A stretch of DNA of 64,000 nt from Escherichia phage vB_EcoM_Goslar. Each line of letters begins with the position of its first letter. The first letter of the stretch is position 1. Made by a program: the position numbers and the translations under genes. The stretch lies in the sequence record NC_048170.1; one strand, given 5' to 3'. Shown here piece by piece: positions 54,658-64,000 of the stretch. The notes beneath the pieces were generated by a model, which had not been told where the DNA came from, ran no database searches, and saw nothing but the letters and a program-made list of their open reading frames with translations.

Positions 54658-55160
54658 GCTAAAATTCCCTCATTACCTAACAGTCGATTACGATGACGTC
54701 GGTACATTTGACAAAGTGTTGTGATTTGATAATGTTTGTTGTAACGTACCTCGATACGTTTTTGCACCTCTTTCCATGGAAGTTTATCGTATTGCCGATA
54801 ACGATGGATTTCATTTAACATACGAAGACGAGTAGGATCGGTGTTCTTTATCGTCGTGAGCTTCACACGTTGATATCCACGCTGTAGTCCCGATTCGGAA
54901 TACGTGACGTCAAACTCATCTTGAATGATGGTAATGATCTCCCGCCACCGACGGTTCTCGCCGTCACGTAAATGGACAACCCGTGATAAGATATCGTTCC
55001 GATTACGATGACTCAGTTTAATGTTAAGCATTGAAGCAATCGCGCTAATTGCTCTCTGACTCCGTCCTAACGCTTCACCTATTTCTTTCGATGTCATGAC
55101 GCCCGCGTTTCGGCGTATGAATGCGATTTCGGTTGTTGTGTATTCTTTACCTGCTGCCAT
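54654..55160 (-). CDS. Myb/SANT-like HTH DNA-binding protein, paralog 6 of a tandem array
   Basis: Repeated W/Y...EI...R...I modules; C-terminal WREIITIIQDEF...LQRGY and WKEVQKRIEVRY...LCQMY. Confidence 0.6.
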   Translation of the reverse strand: MAAGKEYTTTEIAFIRRNAGVMTSKEIGEALGRSQRAISAIASMLNIKLSHRNRNDILSRVVHLRDGENRRWREIITIIQDEFDVTYSESGLQRGYQRVKLTTIKNTDPTRLRMLNEIHRYRQYDKLPWKEVQKRIEVRYNKHYQITTLCQMYRRHRNRLLGNEGILA

Positions 55161-55675
55161 TTCTTACCACGTGTGTTATAATAGTAACGCTGACAAAGAT
55201 GTGTGTGATGGTACTCCCGTTTGAACTCGACGCTGATAATGCGAGCAACTTCTCTCCAGTTAACTCCTTCATGCCGGAGTGCTGTAATACGGTCTGAAAT
55301 TTTGCACCATTCATCTGGATCGTATCGTCGTAGCTTGAGTCGTCGTATTACGGAGGCGACACTCGCTCTCGATCGGCCAAGATGATTTGACAGTTGTTTA
55401 ACCGAGTATCTGTGGATATTGTCACGAATATAGGAAATCTCGTTGTTCGTATATGCCTCATTGGTTCTCGACGAAGGGAACAGCATATACAACTTATTCT
55501 TAATCGCGCTTTCTGTGCGTTGAAATACAGAAGCCAGCTCACTAACCGGTGGTCTGGGTATCTGGTCCGCGTAATTCTCGAGGCGTGAGAGTTCCTCATC
55601 TGTCCAGCGACGGTATTTGCGCACGGGCAACTCCTTTGTTTTTCGTGTAGTAACACCAACGTTGATACAACGCAT
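55094..55675 (-). CDS. Myb/SANT-like HTH DNA-binding protein, paralog 5 (start uncertain)
   Basis: WTDEELSRL...; ...SVKQLSNHLGRSRASVASVIRRL; ...VNWREVARIISVEF...LCQRYY; track start 55726 overlaps paralog 4. Confidence 0.55.
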   Translation of the reverse strand: MRCINVGVTTRKTKELPVRKYRRWTDEELSRLENYADQIPRPPVSELASVFQRTESAIKNKLYMLFPSSRTNEAYTNNEISYIRDNIHRYSVKQLSNHLGRSRASVASVIRRLKLRRYDPDEWCKISDRITALRHEGVNWREVARIISVEFKREYHHTHLCQRYYYNTRGKKWQQVKNTQQPKSHSYAETRAS

Positions 55676-56099
55676 GTTTATTCGTCGTAATCCCAAATTT
55701 AACAACAACGTCGTATGTGATAACATTCCAATTTTGGGTAACGTTAAGTCGTTCCGCGATAAACGCGATAATCGCTTCCCGTTCTTGCTTTGTTAACGCA
55801 CGACGAATTCCATTAAGCCGTATAAACTGACGAACCGAGTCATACGAACGGTTTAAATCGTACGCAATCTCCCTCAACGATTTTTGTTTGATTACGGACT
55901 TGATGTACGCGCGTTCTTCTTCCGTATACGGTCGATGCTTTTGGCGTTGACGTATTCCCAAACGTCCCAGACGCGCGTCGATGCTGGCGCGTGTTCGTCC
56001 TGTCCGTTGTGCGATTTCATCAATCGTCAGCGACGTGTTCAAGTACAGGTGTATAACATCTTTTAACTCATCGTTACGCCACGGCCGAGGTCGTCCCAT
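55596..56099 (-). CDS. Myb/SANT-like HTH DNA-binding protein, paralog 4
   Basis: WRNDELKDVIHLY...IDEIAQRTGRTRASIDARL; YTEEERAYI...LREIAYDLNRSYDSVRQF; QNWNVITYDVVVKF...LYQRW. Confidence 0.6.
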   Translation of the reverse strand: MGRPRPWRNDELKDVIHLYLNTSLTIDEIAQRTGRTRASIDARLGRLGIRQRQKHRPYTEEERAYIKSVIKQKSLREIAYDLNRSYDSVRQFIRLNGIRRALTKQEREAIIAFIAERLNVTQNWNVITYDVVVKFGITTNKHALYQRWCYYTKNKGVARAQIPSLDR

Positions 56100-56577
56100 C
56101 TTGTATCCCTCTTTTCTTTCTATGATGCCACCAACGCTGATAAACAGCCTGCTTCGTACGTGTTATACCGAAATGCGCATTAACCCGTTCAGCAATGTGG
56201 TGCCAATCCTGTGTTTCTTCTAACAATGTATCAACGAAGGCTATGAAGATCTTAGTATCATCCTCGCTTAACCGCTTGAAACCATGACGGTGTGCTATCG
56301 TTCTAATACTGTTTGGATCCCTGTTTAAATCGCGTGCGAGTTGTTTGTAACTTTTGTGTTTGCAGTGCACTCTGATATATTCCAACTCATCGACACTGAA
56401 ACGTTTATGCGGTTTACGACGTTCAACATTTAAGTATATCAACCTCGATTTAATTGCACCGTACGTTGTTTCCATGATTTCTGCGATTTCACGGATTTTT
56501 AATTTCGGGTGACGATAGTACAATTCCAGCAACTGTTCATCATCCTTACGATTCCATCGTCGTACTGGAGGTTTCAC
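56074..56577 (-). CDS. Myb/SANT-like HTH DNA-binding protein, paralog 3
   Basis: RWNRKDDEQLLELY...IREIAEIMETTYGAIKSRL; ...QDWHHIAERVNAHF...VYQRWW. Confidence 0.6.
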   Translation of the reverse strand: MKPPVRRWNRKDDEQLLELYYRHPKLKIREIAEIMETTYGAIKSRLIYLNVERRKPHKRFSVDELEYIRVHCKHKSYKQLARDLNRDPNSIRTIAHRHGFKRLSEDDTKIFIAFVDTLLEETQDWHHIAERVNAHFGITRTKQAVYQRWWHHRKKRGIQDGTTSAVA

Positions 56578-56590
56578 AACGAGATTTCTC

Positions 56591-57058
56591 CTATTCTACG
56601 CGTTTTAATGCTTGAGTGTAGTAGAGGGCATGAACACCGCTTAACGTGTAATGGGTGTTAAATTCGTTATTGATGATATTCTGTATTCTCTTCCAGGTGT
56701 TATTCTCTTTTCTAAGGGTGTGTATTCGATGATAGATCATCTCTCGACGTTGCGCTTTGCATGCAACAATACCGTAACGGTAGCAGAGTTTAGCGATTGC
56801 GTCCACGCTACGGTTGAACATCGCTGCAGCTTCTTTCACGCTATGTGTCTTAAGATAATCGGCTAACATCACACGTTCTTCGAAACAACAATAGCGGTGA
56901 CGCGACATGAGTTTCCAGCGCTTGCGATTGCGGTTAATTCGACCTTGAACAGAGCCTTCGGTTCGGTCAAGCCGTGCCGCAATCTCTTGCATCGGGATAC
57001 CGTTTCGGTACAGGGTAATCAATATCGCGTCTTCTTCGGGTGTCCAGTCCTTGACCAT
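56591..57058 (-). CDS. Myb/SANT-like HTH DNA-binding protein, paralog 2
   Basis: DWTPEEDAILITLY...MQEIAARLDRTEGSVQGRINRNRKRW; ...NTWKRIQNIINNEF...LYYTQ. Confidence 0.6.
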   Translation of the reverse strand: MVKDWTPEEDAILITLYRNGIPMQEIAARLDRTEGSVQGRINRNRKRWKLMSRHRYCCFEERVMLADYLKTHSVKEAAAMFNRSVDAIAKLCYRYGIVACKAQRREMIYHRIHTLRKENNTWKRIQNIINNEFNTHYTLSGVHALYYTQALKRVE

Positions 57059-57070
57059 AGCGCCACCCCA

Positions 57071-57391
57071 TCAACGTCTTACTTTAAGCGTTATCTTGTT
57101 TCGAAAACAATAACACCGGATGGCGTGTACGCTACGATTCATTATTTCAGCAATCTCTTTTAGCGTATGTTTCTTTGCAAGCGTGGCAACCCTAACCCTT
57201 TCTTCTGGCGTGTATACTCCCCCGCGAGGTGGTAGATCACCCCATCGTTTCCTCAACTTGAGGTAACGTGCGCGAATAGAGCACGGTGTTCGATTCATGC
57301 TTCGCGCTACTTCTTTATAGCTCGCTTTTGGTGATGTACTAAGAATAAGCAGCAACGTTTCATCTTCTTTATCTGTCCAACGTTTACCCAT
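57071..57391 (-). CDS. Myb/SANT-like HTH DNA-binding protein, paralog 1 (two repeats, 106 aa)
   Basis: RWTDKEDETLLLIL...YKEVARSMNRTPCSIRARY; YTPEERVRVATL...LKEIAEIMNRSVHAIRCY. Confidence 0.6.
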   Translation of the reverse strand: MGKRWTDKEDETLLLILSTSPKASYKEVARSMNRTPCSIRARYLKLRKRWGDLPPRGGVYTPEERVRVATLAKKHTLKEIAEIMNRSVHAIRCYCFRNKITLKVRR

Positions 57392-57395
57392 TTTC

Positions 57396-60473
<3,078 letters not shown>

Positions 60474-60553
60474 AAAATTGTCAAAATGTACATCAGCATA
60501 ACGCCCGTGCCCGCCCGCGATGGGAGGGACACAGGCAATACGCTTTTATTTCG

Positions 60554-61162
60554 TCAAGACTTCACAACACATTCGACTTCGTCGTTCATATAAGCTTCGT
60601 ATAACGACAGCACTTCCTTCATTTTAATTTCAGGTAGCGCAACGGAACGAATCGCTTTCAGGATATTCCGTGTTTGATGGTGTTTAACCTTCGCTTCACG
60701 TAGTTTACAGAATTGACGGATGCAGGTATTAACCTTACCCCCTTCCGCACGTTCGAGGGCGACATGCAGTTTCAGGTCCAGTAATACTTCCGTGAGTTCC
60801 TGGGTGGCAGGATCGTTACGAATAAGCCGCACTGTACGTTCATCCGGATTCAGCATCTCGAGATACTGAAGCTTGATATGTTCAGGTACGGGTTTCGTGT
60901 TCATCATGATGGCATCAAGCTGTTCCTTAACACCCAACTCATTGAACACGTAACGTTCGATGTTTACGACGTGTGCTTTTCCTGACTCGCCATAAACCGC
61001 CATCGCACGATAGTCATCAAACAACACAGCATACAACAAATCCTGTTCCGGTCCGATGGTACCATCGATGAGCTTCGGCGCATGCTTCTTCAGGAAGCCA
61101 TAGCGAATCGCCTCATCCGGCATGAGCGTCCACGCATTAACGGGTTGCTTTACGAGTTCCAT
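60554..61162 (-). CDS. Hypothetical protein (~200 aa)
   Basis: ORF track 60554..61186. Confidence 0.75.
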   Translation of the reverse strand: MELVKQPVNAWTLMPDEAIRYGFLKKHAPKLIDGTIGPEQDLLYAVLFDDYRAMAVYGESGKAHVVNIERYVFNELGVKEQLDAIMMNTKPVPEHIKLQYLEMLNPDERTVRLIRNDPATQELTEVLLDLKLHVALERAEGGKVNTCIRQFCKLREAKVKHHQTRNILKAIRSVALPEIKMKEVLSLYEAYMNDEVECVVKS

Positions 61163-61457
61163 GTAACACCTCATCAAGATTATCACTTACACCTGGCGGT
61201 ACCACGATACCGGTACGAATCACAGCAGCAACTTCCTGCATGCCTTTACCTTTCAACGCGTAGGTTTCATATACCGTATTACGTCGCGTCGTTAATCCAA
61301 CAAATTTACATACAACCATGTTGTTTTCTGAAAGGTAGGCGGTGTCGAGTTCGCCGTGCAACAATTCTTTTTCTTTGGTATCAATGCCTAATAACGCAAT
61401 TTGATAAGCAGAAAGTTTCCAATAGCGCATGTTATCACCCAAACTGTTAAGAAGCAT
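61137..61457 (-). CDS. Hypothetical protein (106 aa)
   Basis: ORF track. Confidence 0.6.
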   Translation of the reverse strand: MLLNSLGDNMRYWKLSAYQIALLGIDTKEKELLHGELDTAYLSENNMVVCKFVGLTTRRNTVYETYALKGKGMQEVAAVIRTGIVVPPGVSDNLDEVLHGTRKATR

Positions 61458-61863
61458 CCTGTTTAATGTCGATGACTATTTCCGTTCGAACCGGATTAGT
61501 CAGCACAGCACGCATGCGTTCAAGCATCATTGGGTTATCCGTAACCACCACATCGGCGTAACACAATGGATGACTTTCGAACGCTTCAGTGTCGCTTACT
61601 AACAGAACACCCATCACATTTACGTATTGCGGTATGCGTCCACGGATGCGTTGCCACATGTCTTGAGTAAGGTCTTCGTTTTCTAATGCGACCACGACAA
61701 CAGGACTGATGTTTACCGGGAAACGCGGGTGCACCGTACGACGAAATGTTACCCAGTTTTCGACGTGGGATAATGCAAGTTCAAGAGAACAGCATTTTGG
61801 AGAAATCTGTATGTTTATTTGCTGAATCAATGAAAGGGGGTTTTGTACAGTCGCTTCAGCCAT
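61447..61863 (-). CDS. Hypothetical protein (138 aa)
   Basis: ORF track. Confidence 0.75.
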   Translation of the reverse strand: MAEATVQNPLSLIQQINIQISPKCCSLELALSHVENWVTFRRTVHPRFPVNISPVVVVALENEDLTQDMWQRIRGRIPQYVNVMGVLLVSDTEAFESHPLCYADVVVTDNPMMLERMRAVLTNPVRTEIVIDIKQDAS

Positions 61864-62841
61864 TTACTTTTTCCTGAAAATCAATGTCGGTAAGCCGTTT
61901 CTTACAGCATAATACAACACTAAGAGGTTAATCTTGCCTGCGGATACCGTAAGCATTTTACGACGACGTGGTAAACTAACCGGTACGGTAGATGCCATCG
62001 TTGCGCTGTTCTTGAACGTTTGGGAATAACGTCGCAGCGACGCTTCACCTAACAATGGAAGGAACAGATCCTCGGTAAGAATATCATCGCAGATATACGT
62101 AATCGCAAGTAACGGCGGATTCCACTCGTTCAGGAACTCGAAAATCTCGTTTGCGATACCCAACGCATTATTAGGAAGCGGAACCTCACGAACGTATTTC
62201 TGATTGCCTTTATCCAGCAGGATTCTTGACATACAGTAATCGTGGATTATACCCGCGACGTCATCCGCTGTTTCTGCGTTCTGCATCAACGCCTGTGCTT
62301 CTTCCCAGGTCAGCTGACGTTTTGTTTCGTAGTAGGTTGGTTTCAAAACCGCGTAAAAATCATGGATCAAACGACCAACATCCCCACGAGTTTTTGTTGC
62401 TAACGCGACTGCGTACGCTTTCTTCTCCGCATCCGTTAAGATCTGATTACGCCACAGTTCGTATTCGTCTAACAGCTCGGTGTATTTGGCTGTCCATTCA
62501 GAGGAAAGATAATAACCAATACTGTCAATCAATGCGTGCGTTAAAACACCCAGACGCTCGCGTCGGGGATCGACCGACGGCTCATAGACAAAAGGTAGCT
62601 TCGGTTTTTCAAAGCCATTGGCTACGACGGTATCTGAAAAAGCGTTAGCGAAAACACCCATCGGTTTCCATGACGTAAGGAGATCCTGATATAGCATTGG
62701 ATGAACGTTATTAATCGCTGTGAGTTTATCATCGAAAAGACTTACGCTTGGATGTTCGGCATTCGCAAGCTCAAAATAAATTCTTTCGAGCAACGCCTTT
62801 ACCGCATCGCGTGTCTTATCGATTGGGCCAACAGAAGCCAT
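61864..62841 (-). CDS. Hypothetical protein (325 aa)
   Basis: ORF track; abuts the downstream gene with no gap. Confidence 0.8.
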   Translation of the reverse strand: MASVGPIDKTRDAVKALLERIYFELANAEHPSVSLFDDKLTAINNVHPMLYQDLLTSWKPMGVFANAFSDTVVANGFEKPKLPFVYEPSVDPRRERLGVLTHALIDSIGYYLSSEWTAKYTELLDEYELWRNQILTDAEKKAYAVALATKTRGDVGRLIHDFYAVLKPTYYETKRQLTWEEAQALMQNAETADDVAGIIHDYCMSRILLDKGNQKYVREVPLPNNALGIANEIFEFLNEWNPPLLAITYICDDILTEDLFLPLLGEASLRRYSQTFKNSATMASTVPVSLPRRRKMLTVSAGKINLLVLYYAVRNGLPTLIFRKK

Positions 62842-62855
62842 GTAAATTATCCTCG

Positions 62856-63122
62856 TTAAAAAGTACCCATGATCGATAGGGCAATATGGTCTTTGTTCAC
62901 ACGCGCATTTAACGACATATCGAGACCGCTTTTCTTAATATGCCAGCGTGCCACCAGTTCCGGTTGGTCAACGGAATACAGCCCTTCTCGATGTTGATTC
63001 AACCATTTAGCAATCGGATGCAATTTATCGGGATTGACCACACCCAATTCCAAGCCACCCGGGGTTAATGGTTTAGAATAAAAGTCAAGTGCGTTCCGTA
63101 AAAAGTCATCCTCGATACTCAT
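62856..63122 (-). CDS. Hypothetical protein (88 aa)
   Basis: ORF track. Confidence 0.65.
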   Translation of the reverse strand: MSIEDDFLRNALDFYSKPLTPGGLELGVVNPDKLHPIAKWLNQHREGLYSVDQPELVARWHIKKSGLDMSLNARVNKDHIALSIMGTF

Positions 63123-63311
63123 CGCAGCATACCCACCATGCCGATTACGGCAAACAGTATACCGACCGCACTATACGCAAGCAGCGCTTTAGCAACCCAA
63201 GATTTTATTTCCGTATACTCTTCATTATTCACCATGTCTCACCTCGTTCGGTTATTGTCTGATCTCATACCTTTACTTAAGCATATCCCCGTCATTAAGA
63301 CGGGGTGTTTA

Positions 63312-63686
63312 TCACCAGAGACGATTACCTTCCTCGTCCCACCAAGCAATCGCTCGTGTCGACTCGAATGTGTTAGGGCGTAACGTCATGCCCTTGCGGT
63401 CAACGATTAACCGCAACTCAGTACCGAACCACTCAATCGAGATAAACAAACCCTTCCGAATGATTGCTTGATAACCTGATAGCCGCTCAAAGAGTCGTTG
63501 AAAGATCTCATCATGCCCACACGACACTAATGCTTCTGAATAGCGTCGCATCGATTTTGCATCGCTAGGTAAACGTGTTTTACAATCCCACCATAACACA
63601 GCGTACATCAGTGCGGCATTACGCAATCGTAACGATTGAACTGGTGTTAGCTGCCGTCCTTCAACATCATCGATAATAACATACAT
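63312..63686 (-). CDS. Hypothetical protein (124 aa)
   Basis: ORF track. Confidence 0.7.
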   Translation of the reverse strand: MYVIIDDVEGRQLTPVQSLRLRNAALMYAVLWWDCKTRLPSDAKSMRRYSEALVSCGHDEIFQRLFERLSGYQAIIRKGLFISIEWFGTELRLIVDRKGMTLRPNTFESTRAIAWWDEEGNRLW

Positions 63687-63692
63687 CGCATC

Positions 63693-63947
63693 TTATTCCG
63701 CGCTTGTTTCCTTAACATGGACACATTCCGCATCGATAGTCACACCGGTAGAACGATGGGTCTCGTTGGTAGAATCAAATCCGCTGTTGAACAACACTGC
63801 GAATGTGTTATTATCCATACGAGCAAAGGTCTCCGCAATACGATCGGGATGAAAATCAGTGCGGCTGATGGTCGATTTCACAAAAACTCCTATAAACAAT
63901 TTAATTATTGGTATTAAGATTAAAGCAGGATCTGCGGACAGCAGCAT
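63693..63947 (-). CDS. Possible small protein (84 aa); competes with the + strand ORF 63717..63917
   Basis: ORF track only. Confidence 0.4.
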   Translation of the reverse strand: MLLSADPALILIPIIKLFIGVFVKSTISRTDFHPDRIAETFARMDNNTFAVLFNSGFDSTNETHRSTGVTIDAECVHVKETSAE

Positions 63948-64000
63948 GATTCGTAACCACCTTCATGCGGTAACGTATTGCTGGTGTCAGGCCAAACGAG

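Noticed and set aside
55348-55659. ORF 55348..55659 (103 aa) inside the HTH paralog array
   Set aside because: Lies entirely within the paralog 5 gene and overlaps paralog 4 in a different frame; no independent support

Overview
This window reads as a densely packed, mostly minus-strand region of a large virulent tailed phage of an enterobacterial host (about 47% GC, E. coli-like codon usage, short intergenic gaps, many GC-rich stem-loop terminators). It is probably a phiKZ-like jumbo phage, because one ORF (24077..25378) carries the bridge-helix/trigger-loop signature of a multisubunit RNA polymerase beta-prime subunit as a stand-alone fragment. Recognisable content: (i) a Pol II-like family-B DNA polymerase 3'-5' exonuclease domain (15690..17189) followed by an HNH homing endonuclease ORF and a candidate group I intron ribozyme core, then a short start-less open frame with a polB motif-A-like DxxSxYP; (ii) a receptor-binding locus (29.5-44 kb) with a tail fiber carrying eleven 40-aa tandem repeats and a polyglycine C-terminus, a tail-fiber assembly chaperone, three proteins sharing one N-terminal domain, and an embedded lipoprotein; (iii) an early-type region (44-64 kb) with an NAD+-dependent DNA ligase, a GNAT acetyltransferase, a SAM methyltransferase, a signal-peptide SleB-like cell-wall hydrolase, and a tandem array of six paralogous Myb/SANT-like HTH proteins; (iv) a macro-domain protein and several large proteins of unknown function. 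Most calls are hypothetical proteins supported only by ORF length, coding-like composition and context. All functional assignments are motif-level readings by eye, with no database search run. Hand-counted coordinates for RNA elements, hairpins and refined starts may be off by 1-3 nt. Because the ORF track starts at the first in-frame ATG/GTG/TTG, several listed starts are probably over-extended.
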